Of a stretch of 64,000 nucleotides of DNA, positions 1 through 10,570 are shown in pieces. The notes under the pieces are model-generated. The model was not told where the DNA came from, searched no databases, and was given only the letters and a program-made list of their open reading frames with translations. A program made the translations under genes and the position numbers. How positions within the stretch are numbered: the first letter of the stretch is position 1; the number at the start of each line of letters is the position of its first letter. Source of the stretch: Trichodelitschia bisporula (lineage: Eukaryota); NCBI GenBank assembly GCA_010356995.1, contig ML996708.1, positions 372,001 to 436,000 on the forward strand, given 5' to 3'.

Positions 1-899
1 GCCCGCCCCGCCATCCGCCCCGCCCCGCGCCGCCTCGTCCCCATGCGCTTCTCTAGCACCGAGGCGACGTCATATGAATTCCTGAAGCTGTCGACGCCGA
101 AGGAGGGCGTAGCACTCGGTACCGCCCTCCCCTCTCCCCTCTCCAAATTCCTAAGCTAACCCCCGCAGTAACCCTCCACCGCCCCAAAGCCCTCAACGCC
201 CTCTGCACTCCCCTCTTCAAAGAACTCCACACCGCGCTCGCCTCCCTGGACGCAGACCGGTCCATCGGCGCCATCGTCATCACCGGCTCGGAACGCGCCT
301 TCGCCGCCGGCGCCGACATCAAAGAAATGAAAGACCTAACCTTCAGCGCCGCCTACAGCGGGGACTTCATCGAGCTATGGAGCGCAGCCGTGGCGCAGGT
401 TAAGAAGCCGATCATCACAGCCGTGAACGGGTACGCTCTGGGTGGCGGGTGTGAGCTGGCCATGATGGGTGATATCTTGTATTGCTCGGCGGGGGCTACC
501 TTCGGGCAGCCGGAGATTAAGTTAGGGACTATTCCCGGCGCCGGGGGGAGTCAACGGCTCACCCGCGCGATTGGGAAGAGTAGAGCCATGGAGGTGATTT
601 TGACAGGGGAAAACTTCAGTGGGAAGCAAGCTGGGGAATGGGGACTTGCGGCAAAGGTTTTTGAAACCCCGGAGGAGTGTGTGGAGGGCGCGTTGGGAAC
701 GGCGGAGAAGATTGCGCGCTTGTCGAGGGTGGCGGTGAAGGCGGCGAAGGAGGTGGTGAATAAGAGTCAGGATCTTGGGTTGAGGGAGGGGGTGGAGTTT
801 GAGAGGAGGGTTTTTCATGGGTTGTTTGGGTCGAGAGATCAGAAGATTGGGATGGGGGCTTTTGCGAAGAAGGAAAAGCCGGAATGGAGTCATGAGTAG
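1..899 (+). CDS. ECHS1: Mitochondrial short-chain enoyl-CoA hydratase (crotonase family), 5'-truncated by the window edge; intron 119-168
   Basis: Frame 1 reads an Arg-rich presequence (ARPAIRPAPRRLVPMRFSS), then across a GT..CTAAC..CAG intron VTLHRPKALNAL, AFAAGADIKEM, AVNGYALGGGCELAM and FGQPEIKLGTIPGAGGSQRL; stop TAG at 897-899. Confidence 0.95.
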
Positions 900-1156
900 G
901 GGATATAAAATGGAGGCGGAGGTTGGAGGGAAGGCTGAGATGGTCGTGATACGGTGATGTTGAATGTCACTCATGCTGCTTGGATATGGGATCAAGGCAA
1001 TGCTTGATTGACTACATCCCACAGAAATGCCCACGCCGGCTTGTCTTCATGTGTCTCTAGGCTTCATTATCAACCTGAGTCTCATGTTCAACATATCCAA
1101 TTCGCATACACATCCCACAACCATCCACTCCCCAGCATCATTCCTACTCCTCCACT

Positions 1157-2754
1157 TCAACCTTCCTCACGAAAAAAGATCCCAATAACAGCCTCCACCG
1201 CGGCCCCTACCCCCCCCTCCGCCACTAGACCACGAAACGTCTCCCCCAGCCTCTCCAGCCCCTTCCTGCTATCAGCCGCATGCCACCCCGGCGGCACCCT
1301 GGCCTCAGCGTCCAGCTCGCTCCTAACGTCGCCCACCCAATCGCAGTACAACACCCAGCTAATCGCGACCTGCACCGCGCCCCGCGCGAGCACGAGCCGC
1401 TGCTGCCCGAGATGCGGCGCGAGTGTCCGGGCCGCGTAATCGCGAAAAACGCGCACGTTGGAGTCGGACTCGGGGCCGGGGGGGGACGGGGGGACGACGA
1501 GCGCTGGGTGGTTGGTGGTTATGGTTGACCAAACGGCCGCGCGCCGCAGGGATATGTCCCACCAGCGGCCTAGGGCGTGGACGAGTACGTTGATGTCGCG
1601 TGCTTTTGCGCGTGCGGAGAGGAAGGGGGATATGCCGACCCAGCGGGGGAGGGGGGGGAGGGTTAGGGTGGTGAGGGTGGGGGTTTGGGGGGTTGGGTGG
1701 GTTATGAGGAGGGTTAAAGTGGTTGTGAAAAGGGAGGCGGGGGATATGAGGGTTATGGTGTGCGTTTGGGAGGTCCCTTCGGGCGGGTGCGGGGTGCTGG
1801 TTATCGTGAAGGGGGTGAAGGCGCGGAGGTCGGCTAATGAAGGGGAGAGGGGGGAGTTGGAGGGGATCGGATCGGACATAGTTGGTGGGGGAGACGGAGC
1901 GGGGAGGGAGAAGGGGAGGAAGGAGGTTAGGAGGGTGGAGAGGGGGGGTTGTGTAGGTTGAGGGGGGGCGTCGGCGTTGATGAGCTTGCTGGGCGGGGGT
2001 TTAGTGGTATCACACGAGCGGAGGAGGGAGCTTACATGTAATCCTCGAGCCACATCGGGACCTCGTCGTCCGGCATTGATAGTAGCTCCTCATACTCGGC
2101 CACTTCGGCCTCCAGCGCTGCCCGCTCCTTGCGCAGTTTATCACGCTCGGCTTCCTTCTCCTTAACCGCGGGGTCGGGCTCGGCCGGCTTCTCTGCCTGG
2201 ATCGGGGCCACTGCGTCGTTCGCCCCCGCATTCGCATCCGGCAGCTCCTCGTCCTCGGGCTCGGGCGTGGGCTCGTCCCGCATAACCGCCTTCCCTTTGC
2301 CTTTCTGCCGCTGTGAGGGTGAGGCGTAGTACACACCCCGCGGCGGGGGATCCTGCATGTCCATCTGGCGGCGCAGCTTCTCAGGCGTCTCGGGCAAATC
2401 ATCGTCAGGCTCGAGATCGGGAACGTCCTCCATATCCTCGTCCGCGTTTCGGCCGCGCTCCACCGTATCTCCCTCTCGCTCAGCTCGTCCCATAACATAC
2501 TCCAGCGCATCGCGCCCGCGCTTTCGTGCCGGGTCTCGCAAATAGGCACCTGCATCGGAGGGCCGTGCCTCCATTCCGGGTAGATTTGACGTTGGTCGTG
2601 AAATGCGCCGCGGTGATTGCGCGGCAAAGATATCAGGGTGGCCGCGCGCGAGGCTGGCGCGTGTGGGCGAGAGGTATGAGGCGCGGGTTGGTGTTTGTGC
2701 GGGTGGGAGGGGAGGTGTTCGGCGGAGACGTTTGGGGGTTGGTGGTTGAGACAT
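1157..2754 (-). CDS. Probable inner-kinetochore protein, CENP-P/Ctf19/Fta2-like (disordered N-terminus, coiled coil, tandem RWD-like C-terminus); exons 2754-2036 and 1988-1157
   Basis: A 47-nt phase-2 GTAAGC..CAG intron (2035-1989) joins ORF 2032..2805 to ORF 1157..2053 in frame. Coiled coil AVKEKEAERDKLRKERAALEAEVAEYEELL. The C-terminus resembles my recollection of the human CENP-P C-terminus. The gene model is firmer than the identity. Confidence 0.7.
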
Positions 2755-2778
2755 TATGCACTTGAGGCGTGATAAGGC

Positions 2779-2938
2779 CGCGAAAATCAGAATCGTTGTC
2801 GTCAATTGTTACCGCAAGGTGGTCGCGATAGTTTGCTTGGTGTTCTGCATGGGTTCGGGGGACGCGTCGCGGCGCTTAAGCCGGGGCAGTCTGTGCGCGA
2901 TGACGTTAACGGTTGGATTTGCGATTTGCGGTCACGTG
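2779..2938. promoter_or_regulatory. Divergent promoter with SCB-like CGCGAAA (2779-2785), MCB ACGCGT (2862-2867) and Cbf1-type E-box GTCACGTG (2931-2938)
   Basis: Exact motif matches within about 200 bp upstream of the CENP-P-like ATG. Short motifs, so function is inferred only. Confidence 0.4.
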
Positions 2939-3183
2939 CTGGCGGCGGCGGCGGGGTGGACAAAATGATGAGATAGCCGGATATCTCGACTTTCTTACGA
3001 CAATTGCTCTATCAGACCTACTTTCTCTCTGCCGACCGCATACCCAATACTCGCGGTCAATCTACTCACCCCATCCTTCTCGGCCCGCAATCCACAGCGG
3101 CTCTCGGCACCCGATCCCGAATCGACCCGTTTTTCCCCTCTTCCACACTCCAATCCGCTCTACCTCATCACCACAACGTCACC

Positions 3184-3927
3184 ATGGAGCCCTTCCTCTT
3201 CGCCCGCCCCGTGCGGTTATCCCAACGTCTCTGCACCGCCTGCCTGCGCCGCTTCCACTCCACTACTCCCCGACCGCGCGCACACATCGCGAAGCCCGGC
3301 GAGCAAGCCGTGCCGCTCAAGGGATACTACGCCGAAATCCTCTCACATGCGCCGCAGCGGGCAGCGCATCCAGCCGGAACACCATACATCCGGCCAGCAT
3401 CCGTAACCTCGCAAACCCCCGCCGCGGCACTGACACCGCCGCTCCCGCCACCGACCACGCCCCCGATCAACGAAGTCCCGAACCAAGTGCGCGAGAACGC
3501 GATCGCGCGGGCCAAGATCGTGTTCGGCAGCCGCTTAACAGGCCCGGAGCGGTATCGTGAGCTCGAGGCCAAATCGACGCTGATTGCGGGGGTGCTGGTG
3601 CCGCCGCGGCCGACGGAGCCAGATAATTGTTGTATGAGTGGGTGTGTGAATTGTGTTTGGGATCAGTATCGGGATGAGGTTGAGGAGTGGGCGGCGAAGA
3701 GTACGGAGGCGAGGAGGAGGGAGGCGGAGATGAGGGTTAGGACTTCAGGGAGTGCTCCGAGTATGGATGATGATGGCGGGGGGAGTGAGACGAATTGGGG
3801 TGAGAGTGGGGGGGAGGTTGGTGAGGGGGGGGATTTGTTTGGGGGGATTCCCGTCGGGATTCGCGAGTTTATGAAGACGGAGAAGAGGTTGAAGGAGATG
3901 CATCAGCGGGAGGGGACGAGGGGATAG
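3184..3927 (+). CDS. OXLD1: Mitochondrial oxidoreductase-like domain protein (UPF0651 / YPL107W family)
   Basis: Diagnostic PPRPTEPDNCCMSGCVNCVWDQY motif; C-terminal IPVGIREFMKTEKRLK; presequence-like N-terminus; ATG in ACCATGG context at 3184. Confidence 0.88.
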   Translation: MEPFLFARPVRLSQRLCTACLRRFHSTTPRPRAHIAKPGEQAVPLKGYYAEILSHAPQRAAHPAGTPYIRPASVTSQTPAAALTPPLPPPTTPPINEVPNQVRENAIARAKIVFGSRLTGPERYRELEAKSTLIAGVLVPPRPTEPDNCCMSGCVNCVWDQYRDEVEEWAAKSTEARRREAEMRVRTSGSAPSMDDDGGGSETNWGESGGEVGEGGDLFGGIPVGIREFMKTEKRLKEMHQREGTRG

Positions 3928-4417
3928 GGCGGTTGAGCAGCGGTGAGCTGTGACATCTGGAAGCCGGCCATGACGGGGAGGTATTGACTCCTTCCGCTTA
4001 TAGATTCTGATATCCCGTCAACCAGATCTAGAGAAGCGGTTTATAATAAGACTTCATCATTAACGTCCTCCATTATTTACCGTCCCGGAATCCGCTCCGT
4101 AAATTCCTCAATACCCTCTCAGAAGGCTGAACATCACGTGCTCATTCCAGTCTCACATCGCCGGAACAGGCAATGGCACCTGGCGATCAGCGCGAACAGG
4201 CGCCTGTCACGCACGCCTGCCGCCTACGTCATTGTCAACCATGGCATTGTCTCCGTCATTGCCCTGGACCTGCATATATCATCCCACAATTCCCATCCCC
4301 ACACTTCACACTCTCATCCACTCCACCTAATCTGCACCATCAATCAGCATCCTCAAACCAACCCCACAGAAGCCTCAGATCAACCTTACAAAACCTCTAT
4401 CCACACAAACACTTACA

Positions 4418-4774
4418 ATGGCTCTCACATCCGCAGTCTCGAACTTCGCTCAGTCGATCTACGAGCTCTTCGCCTCGTTCTTCGGCACCATCCTCCACCT
4501 CGTTGAGCTCACCGTCTCCACTGTCTGGGGTGTCTTCGCCTCCGTGCTGCACCTCTTCGGTGATTTCGGTCAGGGCATCGCCGACATCATCGGTGGCTTT
4601 GGTCGTTTCCTGCTTGGTGAGTTTCCTGCATTTGTGTCTCCTTTGAACGATATCCTAACAAGCTCAGCCAATGCCGCACTCATCCTCGTCGGTGCAGCCG
4701 CCGGCTACGGCTACCTCGTCTACCAGCAGCGCCAGGGCCACGCCGTCGTTGTGCAAGGCAAGAAGCTGAACTAG
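4418..4774 (+). CDS. Small conserved-type fungal membrane/amphipathic protein (~101 aa); intron 4617-4667
   Basis: ACAATGG start, C-ending codon bias, GTGAGT..CTAAC..CAG intron, hydrophobic C-terminal segment followed by YQQRQGHAVVVQGKKLN. Confidence 0.8.
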   Translation: MALTSAVSNFAQSIYELFASFFGTILHLVELTVSTVWGVFASVLHLFGDFGQGIADIIGGFGRFLLGEFPAFVSPLNDILTSSANAALILVGAAAGYGYLVYQQRQGHAVVVQGKKLN

Positions 4775-5024
4775 ATCATCACGGTAGCTTCTACGACGAC
4801 GTCATGGTTTACGACTAGGTGGGGAGTTAAGGCGCTCACGGGACAAAGGACGGAACCTGGAACAATGGAATAAGGGCGGCGGGTTTCAGGCTGGTTCATG
4901 CTTTGCTTGCTTCCCACGAACTTGGGTGTTGTAGTCTGCTAGTCGGCTCTTCCTAAATCGATATTGTTCTGCCCCTTGCGCACTCGGTGTGAAGCCGCTC
5001 TTGCCATACAGCCACGTCTGATGC

Positions 5025-5285
5025 TCAGTCCCGCCTATCCTTCCTCTCTCCCTTCCTCTTCACCACCGGCAAGCCCAGCCACCGCATGTCCTCGTCTCGC
5101 ACACAAGCAGGACAACGCCCTTTCATTGTGAACGCGTAGTCGACGAAATCGGGCCCTGTGCATGCATACCCGCTCTCCCGCGCCGCTGGGCAGAGTGTCA
5201 CGTATTGCAGGCCGCTTTTGGTGGTTAGGCGCCCGTCGGTGTCGGGGTGCCCGCAGGCGTGGAGGAAGCGGCCGCGGAAGCACAT
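5025..5285 (-). CDS. Small Cys-rich hypothetical protein (MC..CGH..C..C..CPxC pattern, putative zinc binding)
   Basis: 86-aa ORF MCFRGRFLHACGHP...CPAARESGYAC...RCPAC; a motif spacing I recognise from Pezizomycotina small proteins; GCAATG start. Confidence 0.6.
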   Translation of the reverse strand: MCFRGRFLHACGHPDTDGRLTTKSGLQYVTLCPAARESGYACTGPDFVDYAFTMKGRCPACVRDEDMRWLGLPVVKRKGERKDRRD

Positions 5286-5731
5286 TGCTGGGGCTTGTAG
5301 GGTCGATTGACGGGGATTTGGGTGGATGGTGAGTGTTGAGCGTGTTCTGGTGGCTGTTTATCCAGCGAGCGAATGGAAGAGGTCATATCTGCGTCTAGGT
5401 GCCTGGAGGTAGCTTCTGGGAGCTTGACGGCATTGGGCAGGAGGAGCTTCGAGGGTAGGATAATGGCCGATTGCCTTCTTAATTGCAGCGCTTCCAGGCA
5501 ATGCTCTCCTTGTAGAGTTACCCGTTTAGCGGAATCTCTTCATCGGTGCCGTAAAGGGGACAACTGTGTTAGAGCGGTGAGGGATATCCAAGGTCTTCAA
5601 CTCTCACCAGTCAGCCAGCATGCCACTCACAATGATTACTTATTATCCGAGCATAAGGCTACGCAGGCCATCCAAGCCTTCCATCCGCCTCCGAAACGCC
5701 AACCATGTAGTACGCCTCCCACATCCCTAGT

Positions 5732-6129
5732 TTAGTCCACCTCCACACCCTTCGCCCGGAGCTCCTTCTGCGCCTGCTGGATCTCGGCCATAAGCTCCTT
5801 ATGCGCCTCGGGGACATCGTTGAACGTGAAGACTCCCCATCCGAGCTTGAAGAGCAGATATGCGCCCAGGGTAACGAGGGACCAGAAGGGAAGCTATGTT
5901 GCGTTCGTTAGCCAGGCTCTCTTGTATTTAGGCATTCGCCAGCCGCGCGGGGTCCACGTACCACCGGCACAATCTCGTCCTGCACCTTCGCCGGCACGGG
6001 GATATACCCAAGGAACAGCGCGATGTACACCTGCGTCGAGCGTTAGTTGATAATTCCGCGCCGGCCGCCGGGGATGCGCACCGAAGCCACGAGGGCGAAG
6101 ATGGAGAGGGTTTGTTGGGCGCGTGTCAT
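5732..6129 (-). CDS. DPM3: Dolichol-phosphate mannosyltransferase subunit 3; exons 6129-6082, 6030-5962, 5893-5732 (92 aa)
   Basis: Spliced product MTRAQQTLSIFALVAS-VYIALFLGYIPVPAKVQDEIVPV-LPFWSLVTLGAYLLFKLGWGVFTFNDVPEAHKELMAEIQQAQKELRAKGVEVD*. Both introns are phase-0 GT-AG with CTAAC. Absent from the ORF track. Confidence 0.95.
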
Positions 6130-6372
6130 GGTTAAGGAGGGAGGAGTTTCGAGGGAGGGGTTTGAGGATAGAGAGTGTAGACTCGGGTAATGGGGACGCG
6201 ATGCAACGGCGCGACTGTCGATGTGGCCTGAAGTTCAGGCTGCGTGCCAAGCGACGCCGCACTCCCCTGAACACCCCTCGATGGATGAGGCTAGCGTGGT
6301 GATCTGTGGCGGTGCGTCAGTATGTCAAGCTCACGACAACTTCAACTCCGTCTTTCAATCAACACGTACGGC

Positions 6373-8695
6373 ATGGCGGGCGAAGTCTTTTTTGAGGAGC
6401 TCCGTTGCTTCTTGGATAATCATGGACCCGACGATCGTGATGAACTTAAGACCTTGTCGCAGAAGTTTACCCCGGATGTCAAGGCTATCAAGCTACTAGC
6501 AGATAATATAGCACAGAAAATGTCTCTCTCTGAGTGTAAACGGCTCCGTCAAATTTGTATACAACATGCATATGCTAACGTTTCCAGGCTGGAGGGATGC
6601 GCTTGGGGAAGTGGGTTTTCTGTCTATAGTTGCCAGTAACCTCTCTTCAGACACCGACAAGGATTTGGCTATGCAGATGCTGAGGTTTATAGGGAATTGC
6701 TGCTACTACCACGGTATGTGCGACTGCTTTCGTCTTGTCGTGTTCTTATTTGTGCCAGGGGCAAATCGCGAACGTCTCGCACCGCATTTCCAGCGCGTCG
6801 TGCAATGTCTTGACCGCGAGGAGCTGCGGGGGCTAAGCCTTTCCGTAATTAACAATTTCTTGGACGCCAACTCGGAGGCGAAGAGCGAGTACGAGGACGA
6901 GGACGAGGACGAAGGTAAAGACGAGACGGAAAATGATGCCGAGAAGGCAGAGAGCGAATACCACGCAGACAGCATCGCACTACCGACTGCCTTCTCATGC
7001 GGTCTTCAAGACGCCCTTGCAAAGCTCATTCTCAGCCAGAAGCTTGCTCCCACATCTGACGACTACTCATGCGCCACGGGTGTGCTTCATGATATGTGCG
7101 GATTTTTCGATGGAACAGGAGAGTTCCCGCTCGATGAGGATGATATCGAAAAGTCAGAAAAGCTGCTCAGCACGCAGTCCGACTTCTTCTTGGAGAGCCT
7201 TCTCTCCTTAATCCCCACGCTCGAGTGGTGGTGGACGGCGGAGGCATTGCTGAAGAGCCCAGTGGTCCGCGCTCGCATCGCCCACTCGCCGAGCCTGGTC
7301 AACGCAGTGCTGCAGTTCTTCGAAAACTACACCCGCATTCGTAACGCCGAAGCTGTGGCTGCAAAGCCCAGCTTTGATCTTGATGACTTCAAGGACGGAT
7401 TCATAGAAGCCATGGCTGACATCGCCGGGCAGATTCCCACCCCCGACCCCGCCGTCCTAAGCACCAACCACGTCGTCAGTGTCACACTCCTCTGGCTCCA
7501 GCCGCAGCTCTCGTCCCTCCAGCACACATGCGCCAGTCTCATGCTCGGCAACATCGCGACCTCCAACGCCGTCACCTCTGCGCTAGTCGTGGACCTCAAG
7601 GCACACATCCCCGCCATAAAACTTCTAGACCACTACAGAGCGTTGGGCCGAATCGAGGAGTCTACAGACACAATTCACGCCATCCTCGGCCTACTTTGTA
7701 ATCTCGCCCTCCCGGTCGGCAACAAACACTCCCTCTTTGGCTCCCAACTTCTATTGGCCGCCAACCTTCCAAACTTTCCCCTCCCCCTCCTCACCGCAAC
7801 CATCAAGCTTATACGACGACTAGTCCACTCCTTTGAGAACCCCACCCTAGTCGCCGGCCTCCTTAACCAAGACCCCTTGCTCTGGAACAAGGACAACCTT
7901 ACACTCACCCACCTACTCCAACACACCCGTGAGCACGCCTCCAATCCGCAGCTCAAAAAGGATCTCGGGCTCCTCGCCGCGCAATTCATCCGCGCCGCCT
8001 TCGATGCGAGCAGTCCCAATAGAACCATCCTCGCTAACATCATCTATCACAACGACATGATGATGGAAGCGCTGCTGCGTGACGCGGCGGATATGCCTCC
8101 CACACGCGTGGGGAATCCGTCACTCATGGCGCTGGCGCTGGCGACACGGGAACGAACTGGGGCGCATGCGGTCTTACGCAACTGCCGCAGGTTGTGGGGA
8201 TCGCGGAATAAGTCCGGGATCATGTTGTGGAATGATGTGGACGACGCCGAGGACGGGTCGCCTTGGTTCGAGGACGAAGAGGAGGAGGAGGAAGACGAGG
8301 ATGAGGAGGACGAGGAGGACAGGGATGAGAGGCCCCCGCGCGAGAAAAAAGTATGCTCGCTCAGCGATCTGCTAGGGTGGTCGCCGGGGCTGAAGGAGCC
8401 GTGGAGTGCGGATCGCCAACATCGGCTTATAATTGCAGCCCAGATTGCGGCGCTGCCGAAAAAGGGTTTGAAAAATCGTGATAGGGAGTGGCTGGAGAAC
8501 TATGTGCGGGATGAGGAGAAGGCCAGGGAGAGCCATGAGGCGGATATGAAGAGGAGGAAGAGGCAGAAGGCAGAGTCAGAGAGCGGGACGGAAGACGACG
8601 ACGAGGAAGACGAGGAAGAGGAAGACTACGAGGCATTTGCCAAGGACGAGGACGAGGACCTTGGGATGGACTGGCAGAAAAGGTTGATGAGTTGA
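6373..8695 (+). CDS. Armadillo-repeat protein, SmgGDS/RAP1GDS1-like, with acidic C-terminal tail; introns ~6536-6587 and ~6714-6758
   Basis: WRDALGEVGFL, QMLRFIGNCC, CASLMLGNIATSN and HAILGLLCNLALPVGNK motifs typical of fungal SmgGDS-like ARM proteins; 709-codon ORF plus an upstream exon. Confidence 0.72.
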
Positions 8696-9109
8696 TAGAC
8701 GGGGCTTGCTGGCTGCGATTTCGGGTGGGAGGACGGTAGTGATTTCCGCACTGTGGGTCATGAGTTGTTGATATAGAAAGATTTGCTTCACGATAGATAA
8801 TGTAATGGAGGTTCAGCCTCGAGCATCTAGCATTCCTCAGTGGTGAGGCCTCTGACACTCTGTCAGCATGGTCCCGCCGTAACACCCGCTTATGTACGGC
8901 ATGCCGCGGCTTACACAACCACCCTACCCGCACCCATCCCCGCGGCACCGATCCCCATTCAAACCCGAAGTCCGATCTCCGCAATAACGACACTCCGTCC
9001 TATCCCAAACCCCCTCAACTTTGCCCAAGCTAACATTCCCGGAATACAAGCCGCTCCAAACACTCCGTGCCCCAATCCTCAACCCCACACACCCCGCGCT
9101 TCTAGCACC

Positions 9110-9117
9110 TGACGTCA
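9110..9117. promoter_or_regulatory. Palindromic CRE/ATF (AtfA-type bZIP) site TGACGTCA upstream of the metallo-hydrolase gene
   Basis: Perfect 8-bp CRE about 120 bp upstream of the ATG at 9230. Confidence 0.3.
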
Positions 9118-9229
9118 CCACAACTCGGCTCCCAGCCTGAAGCCCTAGCCGCCAACCCACATTAATTGCCCACCGCTTCTATTAAACTTCCAGCCCTACG
9201 GCCCACGGCCCGCGCCCTATCACCCAAAT

Positions 9230-10374
9230 ATGCCGGTCGAGGCATACGCTCCCGCCCAGACGCCAGATCTGCACATCCCGCCCTCGGACGCGACGGTGCG
9301 CGTCGCGATTATCGACACGTACGTCCGCAGCCCCCAATCCTCCATCGCCGTCCCTTATCAGTTCATGCGTCTAACGTAGCTAGAACCTCGAGTATTGTGC
9401 TGCCCTCCACAGGTCTGCTCTCCCCGCTCATACCCTGTGCGCCAACTCTGAGTCTACCGGCGTACGCTTTCCTCGTCACGCATCCAACGAAGGGATGCCT
9501 ACTCTTCGATCTCGGCATCCGGCCCGATTGGTCCTCAGCGCTGCCGCCGGTGCTTGGGCATAGGATTAAGAGTCTCGGGTGGGACATCAGCGCGGAGAAG
9601 GATCTGGCCACGATCTTAACCGAACATGCCGTCCCGCTTACTGATATCAAGGCCGTGGTCTGGTCCCACCCGCACTTCGACCACACCGGAAACCCAGCGC
9701 TGTTTACCGCTTCCACGGCGCTGGTTGTAGGCCCGGGGTTCAAAGAAGCATTTTTGCCTGGGTATCCGGCTGACTTGACGGGGACGATGCCGGAGGAGGT
9801 GTGGGCGGGGAGGGAGTTGGTTGAGGTTGAATTTCCCGAGACGGGGCTGCGAATTGGACGCTTCAGGGCGTGTGATTGGTTTGGAGACGGGAGTTTTTAT
9901 CTGCTGAGCAGCCCGGGACACGCAGTGGGCCATATGTGCGGCCTGGCGCGCACGACGGCCGATAGCTTCATCCTCATGGGCGGCGATGCAGCGCATCACG
10001 CGGGGATGTTCCGGCCCAGCGCGTATATCCCTCTTCCGGAATCGATCATGCTCGATCCGCCGGTGCCGGGGTTCCCGAATCCGTGTTCTAGGGAGGCGTT
10101 GCTGCGGATTCATCCCGAGGGGCGGGCGGATAGGCCGTTTTATCGATCGCGGGAGGGGTTTAATCTCGATGACGAGGAGGCGAGGAGTTCGACGGAGGGA
10201 CTGGCAGAGTTTGATGCTGACCCAAGGGTGCTCGTATTCGTGGCGCATGATAAGGCGTTGAGGGATGTTGTCAGTTTTTTGCCGGAGAGAGTGAACGAGT
10301 GGAAGGAAAAAGGCTGGGGGAATGCCAGATGGCGATTTTTGGGGGATTTTGCTGCCGGTATGCAGGAGGTGTGA
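9230..10374 (+). CDS. Metallo-beta-lactamase superfamily hydrolase (AHL-lactonase/lactamase-like); intron 9319-9383
   Basis: LLFDLGIRPDW, WSHPHFDHTG (HxHxDH), SPGHAVGH, MGGDAAHH and VAHD motifs. Exon 1 (MPVEAY..VRVAIIDT) splices in phase 2. Confidence 0.92.
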
Positions 10375-10447
10375 TGGGTGTATGTGGTGGGAATCCGGCT
10401 TCCGCGACTGCCGTTCGTGTTGGTGCTGTGGGGCTTGCTCCGCTTCT

Positions 10448-10532
10448 GCTTCCTCATCCTGCTCTTTGTCCTGCTCCTCGTCCTGCTCCTCGTCATGTTC
10501 TCAGGCCTGCTCTCCGTCCTGCTCCTCATTCT
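10448..10532. repeat. Degenerate 12-bp tandem repeat (CTGCTCCTCGTC)n, about 7 units, between convergent genes
   Basis: Directly visible periodic sequence. Confidence 0.7.
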
Positions 10533-10570
10533 GCACCCGCTGCCATGCATTAATTATCCCCGACACCATC

